A DNA stretch of 64,000 nt, taken from assembly GCA_002269645.1 (NCBI GenBank), contig NIVC01002274.1, forward strand, positions 1 through 64,000, read 5' to 3'. Position 1 is the stretch's first letter. Each line of letters begins with the position of its first letter. The notes below the pieces were generated by a model. That model was not told the DNA's origin. It searched no databases and was given only the letters and a program-made list of their open reading frames with translations. Below are positions 28,977 to 42,467 of the stretch, piece by piece. The translations under genes and the position numbers were made by a program. Source of the DNA: Macrostomum lignano (taxonomy: Eukaryota).

Positions 28977-30190
28977 AGCAAATATTTAAGATTTAGATAT
29001 TTTTTAAAACTAGGAAATTGAGGATTTTATATTTTAACAATATTATTGAATAATAAATTCAATTCAATTCAATATAATTTATAAAACAAAATTATTAATT
29101 TACTATTAAAATAGATAATTAATTTCCTAATAACTTAGTCTTAGGTTAAGAAAAAATGTTTCTCCTATACATAGCCAAAAAACTTTTAAGATAAAGCAAC
29201 AGTATATATTTTATATATTCATATAATTTATTTCAAGCAATTTAGGCCTAATTTACAAAAAATTCAATAGTAGTCAATTTTATTTTGATCAATTCCTTTA
29301 TGCTAATAAATTTAGAAACTAAACAATTGTTTGGTTTAACTGTGAAGGAGGGATATTGATGGGGTGATATATTATACTATTATTGATTAAGGGCTAGGCT
29401 GATATGATAGTGATAGTGACAAAAAATCTTGGATCCTTTTAAATTTATAATATCTAGCTAGGTCTTTTCTAAACCTAAATAAAGTATGCCCCTATCTTCT
29501 AAAAATACATTAGCCGCTAGGTGCTATATAATATAATTAAAACATCATAACAGCCATGCGATTATTACTGCGATATAAATATACTAATAAGAACGTCGGC
29601 CTGAATAATTTAATTAAGACAAGTTTATACTGAATACTGAACATTTCGTGTTTTTAATTAAAACTCATAATCATAGACTAGACTAATATTCTCACTTAAA
29701 ATTCTAATAATAAAGCTGCTCTTGCATTGTAAGTTAAAATTAAATAAAATTTGACAACCAGATTCTGAAGTCAATTGATATAGGCAAACATGAGAAGGAC
29801 GGCTGGCACTTATTAAGCTGGTTATTTATTTTTGTAATTTTGACGTGATCCCGTTTAGTCAACAGTTTGAAAACGTGCCAGTTTAAAAAATTTTATGAGA
29901 AATAACAAAATAAATTTTTCAATACTTCTACAGCTACAATAACGGGCTTATAATCAAAATAAGATACAGTAAATATGCTTGGTATGCTTTTAATATTAAA
30001 GGCGTACGGCTGCTAAGCATTTTTTCTATGGACACCATTGAAACATAAGTTGTTTTGAATGTAAGCTTTTGCTCATTAATTTGCTCTTATCTTCTTCGCA
30101 CCATTTGGAAGAAATATTAGTTTGCTTCTCATTGGCAGATTCGTAAAATACTGTCATTTTTGTAGCTATTTAACTTAGTAGACATCAAAG

Positions 30191-31120
30191 ATGGGAACAA
30201 AATCAGATATGGATCGGATTGGCATCTTTAAGGAGATGTCCTACCATACAGTTGGCGATCCCTACAAGAATCCAGGCAACTTCCAGTTTAATACATCTGC
30301 TTACAAAGGTCGACAAATGCTGCCTGGAGGAACAAAAAAGAAGTCTGGCTTGTCGCAAGGATACATGTCTGAATTTGGTCGTGTTTTTGAAGGCGAAGGC
30401 TACTCTGATCCTATCAAGACTCGGCGTCAGGAGAGACAGAAAGCAAGCTCCCGGAACCTTTCCCGGAGCTGGAACCCCACTAGCTTCCCGAAAGTAGGCA
30501 GCGGTACTGGAAGCCACTATGGAACATTTTCTGGACCTGTACAATATTTCAATGCCTTCTCGTCATCGAAAGGCAAGGCTGCACCCGAGGGAAAAAACAT
30601 TCTGACAAATCCGCCCAAGAAGGGCACCGGCTACGGTTACGCCTTCGTGACTTTGAACAAGTATCCGGACTACAAGAGCGACACCTATGAAAAGTACAAG
30701 GACATTCAGAAGCGAGAGAATGAACAGCACAAGCAGAAGGTGGCTGGCAAAGGAGCATTCAAGCTGAGCACTCACCCGGCTGACTTCTTCGACGCCAATC
30801 CGTACAAAGGCGGCTCGGCGCTGACCAAATCCGAGGCCAAAGCCGAACCGATCGCCAGGCCGTTCAAGCCGTCAAATCCTGGCAAAAAGGACGGCGGCAT
30901 GAAGGCGGGAACCTTCGACAGCTTCCCGACTTACTCGAGCGAAAAGTATCAGAAAAAGTCGCTCACCAGACCTGTGCAAGTGGTGAACAGTTCCGGCAAG
31001 ACCTTCGTGCCCAACTCTGGCCCGAAGACCACACTTCAGACTTCGGTGCTGCACCAGAACGTGACCAGGTCTGTCAACTCCAGCAACTACAAGAGTGTAC
31101 AGAGCGTCATGTCCTACTGA
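30191..31120 (+). CDS. CFAP96: Cilia- and flagella-associated protein 96 (C4orf47, UPF0602), 309 aa, intronless CDS
   Basis: Motifs KSDMDRIGIFKEMSY..VGDPY, QMLPGG, RVFEGEGY, GSHYGTFSGPV, TNPPKKGTGYGY, FKPSNPGKKDGGMKAGTF match C4orf47 over the full length. Confidence 0.93.
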   Translation: MGTKSDMDRIGIFKEMSYHTVGDPYKNPGNFQFNTSAYKGRQMLPGGTKKKSGLSQGYMSEFGRVFEGEGYSDPIKTRRQERQKASSRNLSRSWNPTSFPKVGSGTGSHYGTFSGPVQYFNAFSSSKGKAAPEGKNILTNPPKKGTGYGYAFVTLNKYPDYKSDTYEKYKDIQKRENEQHKQKVAGKGAFKLSTHPADFFDANPYKGGSALTKSEAKAEPIARPFKPSNPGKKDGGMKAGTFDSFPTYSSEKYQKKSLTRPVQVVNSSGKTFVPNSGPKTTLQTSVLHQNVTRSVNSSNYKSVQSVMSY

Positions 31121-32138
31121 TTCACTGATGTATGTCCAAGCTGCCTGCCTATTTCGTGCCCTATAGGCCGCACAATAACAAAATGAGACGTATTTCTGTT
31201 TCTGCTTTCCTTTTTGCATATACCGTAAGCAAAATTACTCGATTGTCTCATGAGGAAATGAGACATCAAAATCTAGGTATGGGATAGATAAAGTACACAT
31301 TTTTTATCCATGTTTGTCATTGGCGCGCCCCCAATTGAGATTTTTTAACCTCTTTTTGCACTCTTCATTTGCTGTTGGACTGTTCGGGGTCTGGCATGTA
31401 TGTAGTTCTATTGTGCTCGCTGTGCAGAATCTGGAATTTTTCATTGTATTTTTCCTTACCTTCTTTCCGCTGCCACGTCTGTCAACAGAGTTGTATAAGT
31501 TTATGGAAATTTTCAAATACACAAAATTTCTGCCGTCGCGCGCGCTGATTGTTGCAGACATCGACTTAAGAAAATATAGCAATTCATCATTATAGGCCTC
31601 ATATTAGGCTTCAACTATTCATACATGCACACTTGGAATATTAGGCTATTTAACATTTAGATTCTACTGATAGTAGTAAATTTAGAACATGCAACTAATC
31701 CATCTTTGTCAGTTGACAAAAAATAAAAACGGATTTTTCACAGGATAAATTCAGTCAAATGCATTTTTAATTTGCTTTAGATGAATTTATGTTGTTTTTA
31801 CACTAAAAAAGAGCAATAAATTTTTGTTCGCGTCAAGGGCCAACGTACTGTTGTGCTAAGGCTATTTCCCAGAAAGTAAGCTTTTAAAAGAATCCAATGA
31901 AGCAGCAAAAGAGGCAAAGCATATGCTAAACAGATGATTTAATCTCTGGTCTTATAAAAGCCGGTCGTAATTTTAAGAGAAAAAAGAGAAATCCTAATTC
32001 CGAATTTTTTCTGCACGGAGCCAATTGTCAAAGATTTTCTAAGAAACGAAACATCCCATCCGTCTTTCTAGTCAGGACTATAGACAGGGGGGTCAATGAC
32101 AGATGGTATTGAGGGTCTGCGACAATCGGCTGCCACAG

Positions 32139-32244
32139 ATTGACGGCGAAACCCAAGCCCAAACCTCATAAACCTAAACCTAACCTAAACCTTAGCTCCT
32201 TAGCTCGTAAACCCTAACCCAAACCAAAATCTTTCGCAGTCAAT
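32139..32244. repeat. Degenerate telomere-like tract (CCTAAA/CCTAAC/CCCTAA) bracketed by a 13-bp inverted repeat
   Basis: ATTGACGGCGAAA (32139-32151) versus TTTCGCAGTCAAT (32232-32244), 12/13 complementary. Confidence 0.6.
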
Positions 32245-34560
32245 TTTCGTTCTTCCCAACATTAAGTATTTAAATATTCCCCTATTGAGCAAAGCACTTT
32301 AGTCAGGCGCTGTTCGACGAGTGAGAACCAGTGGCTAAGTGGACCGAACGCTTGAGTGTGTTTAAAAACATTAATTGGTAGTTTTGTTGATCTAAAGTCA
32401 ACTTAAACCAAACAACTCTTTGACACGGGTCAATATGTCTTGCGGCATACCTCATGCACTCATTCATGTACATGTGTGCAACATCACAATGTAAACTTTT
32501 AAAATTACTGGTAGGTCCTCAACGGCCATCATCATCGAATTGTGTGGAACTCTGCCAGAACTGATTAGCGCTGCTGGCCCAGTTAACGGATCCTTAGGAA
32601 TAAAAAAGTTAAATCAGACAAGAGCTGGAGCAGCGGAAAGTAACAGAGTGGCGCAGTTAAAGGGCTGAACTGCTCAACCCCATCGAGCAGATCGCCTGGA
32701 CAGCGCTGGCCAACACGCCTCGCTGCGTGACTGCATGCGTCATTTATTGAGCAGAAAGTCTGAGTCAATTGTTCGATATACAGAATATTACTGTGGCTGC
32801 TAGCATTCATATTTTACACACCGACCGCAGGCGGGCCATGTTTCGGAGGTTGAGCGGAGGAGTGATGATGATGCTATTTAAGACAAAGCGCCGTGTCTCC
32901 CAGCTGTGCAAATGCAAAGTCATAAAGCACGGGCATAAGGGATTAACCGTCTGGAGAGCAATATGAGCATCTCAGTTGCTATGCGCGTAGGACACACGAG
33001 ACTGACTCAGGAACAACAATCATACTCGCACCTACCCAAGAGTTTTGGCAAAGGCGGCGAGTGCTCAATACTGTTAATTAAGCTATCTCTATTTTATGCT
33101 CAAAAACTGCATGGCCAATTAACCAAAAAAGGAGAACCTCTCGCCCAGCACAGATCACTTTCACCCGCGCAGTTTGTTTTATTAGGGCCGGATGAACAAG
33201 CTTGAAAGATTATTTAAACCATTGTTGCGCATGCAGATGCTAAATCAGAGGTGAGAGAGCAGCCCCGGTTGCAGGCCAAGTTTTCTATAATAAAATTATC
33301 TCTGCTGTTTTGGTCTTCGGTCCATACTTTGCTCAGTTAATTTGAGTCATTTTATTAAGCTGGTAATTTCAGATCCGCAGGGATGGGGCGTATCTTCGCT
33401 AGTTGCGCCATCAACTACATGTACGATATGGGGGGCAAGCGAGTTCAGCAGTTGTTAAAAAATCGTATTGAGACTTTGTCTCTTATCTCTCTTGATCCTC
33501 CCGAAGCTGACAGATTCCCTCGCAGCGGGAGATCTCGGCTCGCTGCCGTGAAGTCTGCTCCCGAGCTCCTCTTATCAAACAGCGGGCTTCAACATCGATG
33601 CGCCAAAATGTGCCAAAATTCACGCATTTCCTTTGTGTAGCGCCGATGCCAATCAGAGTGGAGGAGGTGTCGCAACTCTGTTGCTGACCGAAAAACCAAG
33701 CTGCTGACTAGGAAGCCTCATCTCCCCATCAGTCAGTCACGCCTGGCCCAAGGATTAAGCTTTCAATCTGGACAGCTGGATTAACTAAGCTGGTCAGGTC
33801 AAGATTGAAGCCAAACAAAATTTATTCACAACTGCCTGCTCAACTTGTCAGCAGGTATCATCCCAGGGCCTCCTCAAACTCGATGTTGATTCGGGCCAAC
33901 GTGAACTGTCAGCGATCGGTCACTTTCAAATTGATAAGATGCAATTGCGTTGCACATTTGGCTCCCAGAATAATAATGGGATTCCTTTTTTTGCAGACCG
34001 GGGGATAGCGAACTACTTACAGATCCCTTGTGTTTACACTCGCGCCTCACTGCTTGGGCAAAATGAATTGCCAACCAGTCAGATTGGGAGGCGATGGAGA
34101 GGCTGGGTGGTCGGGTGTGTGAGATAGTAAGCACAGCTATTTACTGACGGTCCGTTGAGTGAAATTAATTTGAACAAAAGATATCTCCTTATAGTCCTGT
34201 CAACTTTTGACTTCTCCGCCCCTTTTAGCTGCATTTATTTGCATGCATCTCCTGTCCTGTCGGGCGATCCCATTTATAATTAATGGAATTTCCCCCACCC
34301 GCACACACGCAACGGCAGTAACCCAAACACTTAACACTTCCCAGCCTCTGAAATCGCCATTAGAGCATGAGAATTTGGGGATGATGGGACTTGAGGCTCA
34401 AGCTGGAATTGTAGCGGCATTTTCAGACTTTGAGAATGTTTGAATGTCCAAATGCCTACACATGCAAGCTCCTTTTAACAGATCTTAAAATCCTGGACAG
34501 ATTTGGCCTTGGACACCTCACTGTGCACACACATCCGCACTTGCTTGGAGCATCCTATCC

Positions 34561-34908
34561 GCCCTACACCACCGATTCCGCCCCTACACCACCGATTCCG
34601 CCCCTACACCACCGATTCCGCCCCTACACTACCGATTCCGCCCCTACACCACCGATTCCGCCCCTACACCACCGATTCCGCCCCTACACTACCGATTCCG
34701 CCCCTACACTACCGATTCCGCCCCTACACCACCGATTCCGCCCCTACACCACCAATTCCGCCCCTACACCATCGATTCCGCCCCTACACTACCGATTCCG
34801 CCCCTACACTACCGATTCCGCCCCTACACTACCGATTCCGCCCCTACACCACCGATTCCGCCCCTATACACCACCGATTCCGCCCCTACACCACCGATTC
34901 CGCCCCTA
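34561..34908. repeat. Minisatellite, 20-bp unit CCGATTCCGCCCCTACACCA
   Basis: About 17 copies with a degenerate tail to about 35015. Confidence 0.96.
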
Positions 34909-35809
34909 AACTACCTTTTCCGTCCCATCCGCCCTATCCCATTCGCGCTATCCACCCTATCCGCCCCATCCACCCCGATTCACTCTTATCCGCCCCGATC
35001 CGCCCCACCCGCTCCTATCCGTCCAGAGGTACCAATACTGATATTTGCAGAAACACACCTTGAGCTGTGTAATTCAAGAGCCAGGACAAAATTCCCCCAT
35101 TATTACCCGAAAGGCACAATTATGCTTTTTAGCCTACAAAAACTGAGCAGCAATTAAGAGACAAGCTGTTACGCAACAGTGAAAATGCATTGCCGCTCAG
35201 CAATTGCCAGGGAGAAGAAAGTTTGAGCAGACGAAATCGCATTGAGCACGGAACCGGGGGGGGGGGGGGAGGCATGCTGTGTTACCTGCAAAAGCGCGCG
35301 AAATTCGTGTTTCAAACTGTCTCTGCCAGTTGGCCAGCAGATGATCATAACACTTTGGTGCGGTGCTGCGATGAGGTGCACCCCCCAGTGCATGCAGTGT
35401 TTGCTCCACTGTTTGCTCCACTGCTTGCTCGGCTGAGGCTGTTTGTTCTGCTGAGCTGCCGCTGTGTGAGCACAGGCGCTGGCAGTTGTGGCCAAACTTG
35501 AGCAAATTTATCTGACCGGAAACCTCCGTTCCGGCACTTGCTAGGGTTGCTGAGGGTGAACAAAGGCAGCCGTATTTGTCAAAAAATGGCGTTTTAGAAT
35601 CTTATTACTATTTGACAATTTTTATTATTTTTGGCGTCAATTGGATTGTTGCAATATTATAGCGTTTTTCTTAATTGCTTATAAGTATATCCTTTTTATT
35701 GCTTTTTTAATTTCATTTTTGATTTAGACGGTGCCATTTGTAACCTGAAGACGCCATTTTTTATTTCAAACTCTCATTTTTAATACGAGCGTATTAATAT
35801 GTTGCTTTG

Positions 35810-38800
35810 AATCTGAAGCTGCCATATTCAATCTGAAGCTGCCATATTCAATGTGAAGCTGCCATGTTGAATCTGAAGCTGCCATATTCAATGTGAAGCT
35901 GCCATGTTGAATCTGAAGCTGCCATATTCAATCTGAAGCTGCCATATTCATTCTGAAGCTGCCATTCTGAAGCTGCCATATTCAATCTGAAGCTGCCATG
36001 TTGAATCTGAAGCTGCCATGTTGAATTTGAAGCTGCCATTCTGAACCTGAAGCTACCATTTTGAACCTGAAGCTGCCATTCTGAAGCTGCCATATTCAAT
36101 CTGAAGCTACCATTTTGAACCTGAAGCTGCCATTCTGAAGCTGCCATATTCATTCTGAAGCTGCCATTCTGAAGCTGCCATATTCAATCTGAAGCTGCCA
36201 TGTTGAATCTGAAGCTGCCATGTTGAATTTGAAGCTGCCATTCTGAACCTGAAGCTACCATTTTGAACCTGAAGCTGCCATTCTGAAGCTGCCATATTCA
36301 ATCTGAAGCTACCATTTTGAACCTGAAGCTGCCATTCTGAAGCTGCCATATTCATTCTGAAGCTGCCATTCTGAAGCTGCCATATTCAATCTGAAGCTGC
36401 CATTTTGAACCTGAAGCTGCCATTCTGAACCTGAAGCTACCATTTTGAACCTGCAGCTGCCATTCTGAACCTGAAGCTACCATTTTGAACCTGAAGCTAC
36501 CATTTTGAACCTGAAGCTACCATTTTGAACCTGAAGCTGCCATTCTGAACCTGAAGCTACCATTTTGAACCTGAAGCTACCATTTTGAACCTGAAGCTGC
36601 CATTTTGAACCTGAAGCTGCCATTCTGAACCTGAAGCTACCATTTTGAACCTGCAGCTGCCATTCTGAACCTGAAGCTACCATTTTGAACCTGAAGCTAC
36701 CATTTTGAACCTGAAGCTGCCATTTTGAACCTGAAGCTACCATTTTGAACCTGAAGCTGCCATTCTGAACCTGAAGCTACCATTTTAAACCTGAAGCTAC
36801 CATTTTGAACCTGAAGCTACCATTTTGAACCTGAAGCTACCATTTTGAACCTGAAGCTGCCATTCTGAACCTGAAGCTGCCATTTTGAACCTGAAGCTAC
36901 CATTTTGAACCTGAAGCTACCATTTTGAACCTGAAGCTGCCATTTTGAACCTGAAGCTGCCATTCTGAACCTGAAGCTACCATTTTGAACCTGCAGCTGC
37001 CATTCTGAACCTGAAGCTACCATTTTGAACCTGAAGCTACCATTTTGAACCTGAAGCTGCCATTTTGAACCTGAAGCTACCATTTTGAACCTGAAGCTGC
37101 CATTCTGAACCTGAAGCTACCATTTTAAACCTGAAGCTACCATTTTGAACCTGAAGCTACCATTTTGAACCTGAAGCTACCATTTTGAACCTGAAGCTGC
37201 CATTCTGAACCTGAAGCTGCCATTTTGAACCTGAAGCTACCATTTTGAACCTGAAGCTGCCATTCTGAACCTGAAGCTACCATTTTGAACCTGAAGCTAC
37301 CATTTTGAACCTGAAGCTACCATTTTGAACCTGAAGCTACCATTTTGAACCTAAAGCTACCATTTTGAACCTGAAGCTGCCATTTTGAACCTGAAGCTAC
37401 CATTTTGAACCTGAAGCTGCCATTCTGAACCTGAAGCTACCATTTTGAACCTGAAGCTGCCATTCTGAACCTGAAGCTACCATTTTGAACCTGAAGCTGC
37501 CATTCTGAAGCTGCCATATTCAATCTGAAGCTGCCATATTCAATGTGAAGCTGCCATATTCAATGTGAAGCTGCCATATTCAATCTGAAGCTGCCATATT
37601 CAATGTGAAGCTGCCATATTCAATCTGAAGCTGCCATGTTGAATCTGAAGCTGCCATATTCAATCTGAAGCTGCCATATTCAATGTGAAGCTGCCATATT
37701 CAATCTGAAGCTGCCATGTTGAATCTGAAGCTGCCATGTTGAATTTGAAGCTGCCATTCTGAACCTGAAGCTGCCATTTTGAACCTGAAGCTGCCATTCT
37801 GAACCTGAAGCTACCATTTTAAACCTGAAGCTACCATTTTGAACATGAAGCTACCATTTTGAACCTGAAGCTACCATTTTGAACATGAAGCTACCATTTT
37901 GAACCTGAAGCTACCATTTTGAACCTGAAGCTGCCATTTTGAACCTGAAGCTGCCATTCTGAACCTGAAGCTACCATTTTGAACCTGAAGCTGCCATTCT
38001 GAACCTGAAGCTACCATTTTGAACCTGAAGCTGCCATTTTGAACCTGAAGCTGCCATTCTGAACCTGAAGCTACCATTTTGAACCTGAAGCTACCATTCT
38101 GAACCTGAAGCTACCATTTTGAACCTGAAGCTACCATTTTGAACCTGAAGCTACCATTTTGAACCTGAAGCTGCCATTCTGAACCTGAAGCTGCCATTCT
38201 GAACCTGAAGCTACCATTTTGAACCTGCAGCTGCCATTCTGAACCTGAAGCTACCATTTTGAACCTGAAGCTACCATTTTGAACCTGAAGCTGCCATTTT
38301 GAACCTGAAGCTACCATTTTGAACCTGAAGCTGCCATTCTGAACCTGAAGCTACCATTTTAAACCTGAAGCTACCATTTTGAACCTGAAGCTACCATTTT
38401 GAACCTGAAGCTACCATTTTGAACCTGAAGCTGCCATTCTGAACCTGAAGCTGCCATTTTGAACCTGAAGCTACCATTTTGAACCTGAAGCTACCATTTT
38501 GAACCTGAAGCTGCCATTTTGAACCTGAAGCTGCCATTCTGAACCTGAAGCTACCATTTTGAACCTGCAGCTGCCATTCTGAACCTGAAGCTACCATTTT
38601 GAACCTGAAGCTACCATTTTGAACCTGAAGCTGCCATTTTGAACCTGAAGCTACCATTTTGAACCTGAAGCTGCCATTCTGAACCTGAAGCTACCATTTT
38701 AAACCTGAAGCTACCATTTTGAACCTGAAGCTACCATTTTGAACCTGAAGCTACCATTTTGAACCTGAAGCTGCCATTCTGAACCTGAAGCTGCCATTTT

Positions 38801-40323
38801 GAACCTGAAGCTACCATTTTGAACCTGAAGCTGCCATTCTGAACCTGAAGCTACCATTTTGAACCTGAAGCTACCATTTTGAACCTGAAGCTACCATTTT
38901 GAACCTGAAGCTACCATTTTGAACCTAAAGCTACCATTTTGAACCTGAAGCTGCCATTTTGAACCTGAAGCTACCATTTTGAACCTGAAGCTGCCATTCT
39001 GAACCTGAAGCTACCATTTTGAACCTGAAGCTGCCATTCTGAACCTGAAGCTACCATTTTGAACCTGAAGCTGCCATTCTGAAGCTGCCATATTCAATCT
39101 GAAGCTGCCATATTCAATGTGAAGCTGCCATATTCAATGTGAAGCTGCCATATTCAATCTGAAGCTGCCATATTCAATGTGAAGCTGCCATATTCAATCT
39201 GAAGCTGCCATGTTGAATCTGAAGCTGCCATATTCAATCTGAAGCTGCCATATTCAATGTGAAGCTGCCATATTCAATCTGAAGCTGCCATGTTGAATCT
39301 GAAGCTGCCATGTTGAATTTGAAGCTGCCATTCTGAACCTGAAGCTGCCATTTTGAACCTGAAGCTGCCATTCTGAACCTGAAGCTACCATTTTAAACCT
39401 GAAGCTACCATTTTGAACATGAAGCTACCATTTTGAACCTGAAGCTACCATTTTGAACATGAAGCTACCATTTTGAACCTGAAGCTACCATTTTGAACCT
39501 GAAGCTGCCATTTTGAACCTGAAGCTGCCATTCTGAACCTGAAGCTACCATTTTGAACCTGAAGCTGCCATTCTGAACCTGAAGCTACCATTTTGAACCT
39601 GAAGCTGCCATTTTGAACCTGAAGCTGCCATTCTGAACCTGAAGCTACCATTTTGAACCTGAAGCTACCATTCTGAACCTGAAGCTACCATTTTGAACCT
39701 GAAGCTACCATTTTGAACCTGAAGCTACCATTTTGAACCTGAAGCTGCCATTCTGAACCTGAAGCTACCATTTTAAACCTGAAGCTACCATTTTGAACCT
39801 GAAGCTACCATTTTGAACCTGAAGCTACCATTTTGAACCTGAAGCTGCCATTCTGAACCTGAAGCTACCATTTTGAACCTGAAGCTACCATTTTGAACCT
39901 GAAGCTGCCATTCTGAACCTGAAGCTACCATTTTGAACCTGAAGCTACCATTTTGAACCTGAAGCTACCATTTTGAACCTGAAGCTACCATTTTGAACCT
40001 GAAGCTACCATTTTGAACCTGAAGCTGCCATTCTGAACCTGAAGCTACCATTTTGAACCTGAAGCTGCCATTCTGAACCTGAAGCTACCATTTTGAACCT
40101 GAAGCTGCCATTCTGAACCTGAAGCTACCATTTTGAACCTGAAGCTACCATTTTGAACCTGAAGCTGCCATTCTGAACCTGAAGCTACCATTTTGAACCT
40201 GAAGCTACCATTTTGAACCTGAAGCTGCCATTTTGAACCTGAAGCTACCATTTTGAACCTGAAGCTGCCATTTTGAACCTGAAGCTACCGTTTTGAACCT
40301 GAAGCTACCATTTTGAACCTGAA
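35810..40323. repeat. Large minisatellite, 20-bp units GAACCTGAAGCTACCATTTT / AATCTGAAGCTGCCATATTC, with higher-order structure
   Basis: About 225 copies; two unit classes in alternating blocks. Confidence 0.98.
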
Positions 40324-41542
40324 GCGTACCGTATTTAATATGAAGAATGAAACTATGCCATTCAAGTGTAAGTAATAATTAGTTTTGAGCACCCCCAAAA
40401 TAAATTATCAGCTGTAAAGAACTGCAGTCACCTTGCCATTTGCATCATAAATGCTATTAAAAGCTGAAGCCAGTGTGTGCCCAAATAAGCGCATTTTAGT
40501 TAATAACAGTGAGGCAGTTCTCACGCTAAAAATAACACGGCCGAATCGCAAGCTTCAGCGCCGGGTGGCAAAAGTGTGGGAAGCCGAGTTCAACCTGCCA
40601 GTATAATATCCTGACTGACTGACAGCCAGGGGCTTCATCGCCTCTCTGCAGCTGCACTTGCTGCTCCAATGAAAGTGGCTTATGCTTGGCCCAAGGCCAG
40701 CTTTCACTGCTGGGCCGCAGGTCTCACCGGGGAGTGTCCGAGCGACACAGAGAGCCTCAGAGCTGGACGCATTCTGCCTCCCTGCCCCTTTTTGCTGATG
40801 AGAAGAAATCCGGTGGGTGGTCCCAGACAAGCTGAAATAGCTTTTCTTTGCTTTTTCCATAGCCCCTGTAACTGTGCGAGATTCTCAGGTTGGTCCCTAG
40901 ACCGTGCGCGTGCAGGTTCACAGAGATATAGGTGTGTGAGTGTGTGTGTGTGTGTGCAGGAATGAGAAAAGCTAAGAGCCATTCCCCCACCCCTCATAGA
41001 TGCAGTGCATTTATTAAGTAACTCCACAGTCTCCGATTCGGTATTGTCCATTGTGATAAGACCGACGGGACAAGTGTGTTTGCACGCTCGAAAAAGGTGT
41101 GAGAGCTGCACCCTCGACCCACCTGGTGGCGCTTGAAGGAGGTGCCACACACACACACAGACACACATACATACATACACACACGCAGTCTTAGTGTGCT
41201 CAAGGCGCATGATTGCGCTTCGGCACTCACCCTATCGTCTGGTTGGCAATTGCTTCTAGCGAGAGTTCTAAAGACTCTCTCTGCTGTTGCAGACAGGCCA
41301 AGAGGCGGGCAGGAAGACAGAAGAAGAGAAAGAGAGCAGGTGAGAGAAAACCAACTGCAGGTGCTTCGATGCGCTGCATTGAATTAGTGTGAAGCTGGCT
41401 TAGTGGGAGGGCAACTTGATGAGGGCCGCAGATTATGCTTCGTGTGCTCTTCACTGACAATTGTGAACTGAGGACTGGAAGTTGTGTCTGTCAGATGAGG
41501 CGAAAATTACGGGGCAAAAAAGGTGGATTTGGAGGTTGGAGG

Positions 41543-42467
41543 GGGCGGAAACGAGTTGGAAGTGGCGAAAACGAGTTGGAAGGGGCGGAAACGAGTTGGA
41601 AGAGGCGGAAACGAGTTGGAAGGGGCGGAAACGAGTTGTAAGGGGCGGAAACGAGTTGGAAGGGGCGGAAACCAGTTAGAAGGGCGCAAACGAGTTAGAA
41701 GGGGCGGAAACGAGTTGGAAGGGACGGAAACGAGTTAGAAGGGGCGGAAACGAGTTGGAAGGGCGCAAACGAGTTGGAAGGGGCGGAAACGAGTTGGAAG
41801 GGCGCAAACGAGTTGGAAGGGACGGAAACGAGTTAGAAGGGGCGGAAACGAGTTAGAAGGGGCGGAAACGAGTTGGAAGGGGCGGAAACGAGTTAGAAGG
41901 GACGGAAACGAGTTGAAAGGGGCGGAAACGAGTTGGAAGGGGCGGAAACGAGTTAGAAGGGGCGGAAACGAGTTGGAAGGGGCGGAAACGAGTTGGAAGG
42001 GACGGAAACGAGTTGGAAGGGGCAGAAACGAGTTGTAAGGGGCGGAAACGAGTTGGAAGGGCGCAAACGAGTTGGAAGGGACGGAAACGAGTTAGAAGGG
42101 GCGGAAACGAGTTAGAAGGGGCGGAAACGAGTTGGAAGGGGCGGAAACGAGTTAGAAGGGACGGAAACGAGTTGAAAGGGGCGGAAACGAGTTGGAAGGG
42201 GCGGAAACGAGTTAGAAGGGGCGGAAACGAGTTGGAAGGGGCGGAAACGAGTTGGAAGGGACGGAAACGAGTTGGAAGGGGCAGAAACGAGTTGTAAGGG
42301 GCGGAAACGAGTTGGAAGGGACGGAAACGAGTTGTAAGGGGCAGAAACGAGTTGTAAGGGGCGGAAACAAGTTGTAAGGGGCGGAAACGAGTTAGAAGGG
42401 ACGGAAACGAGTTAGAAGGGGCGGAAACGAGTTGTAATGGGCGGAAACGAGTTGTAAGGGGCGGAAA
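41543..42467. repeat. Minisatellite, 20-bp unit GGAAACGAGTTGGAAGGGGC
   Basis: About 46 copies. Confidence 0.97.

Noticed and set aside
32335-32345. Pol III A-box TGGCTAAGTGG (tRNA or SINE)
   Set aside because: No B-box or cloverleaf downstream. No tRNA or rRNA genes were seen in the window.
35848-40251. MVASGSKWQLQVQNGSFRFK repeat ORFs
   Set aside because: Translations of the 20-bp array.
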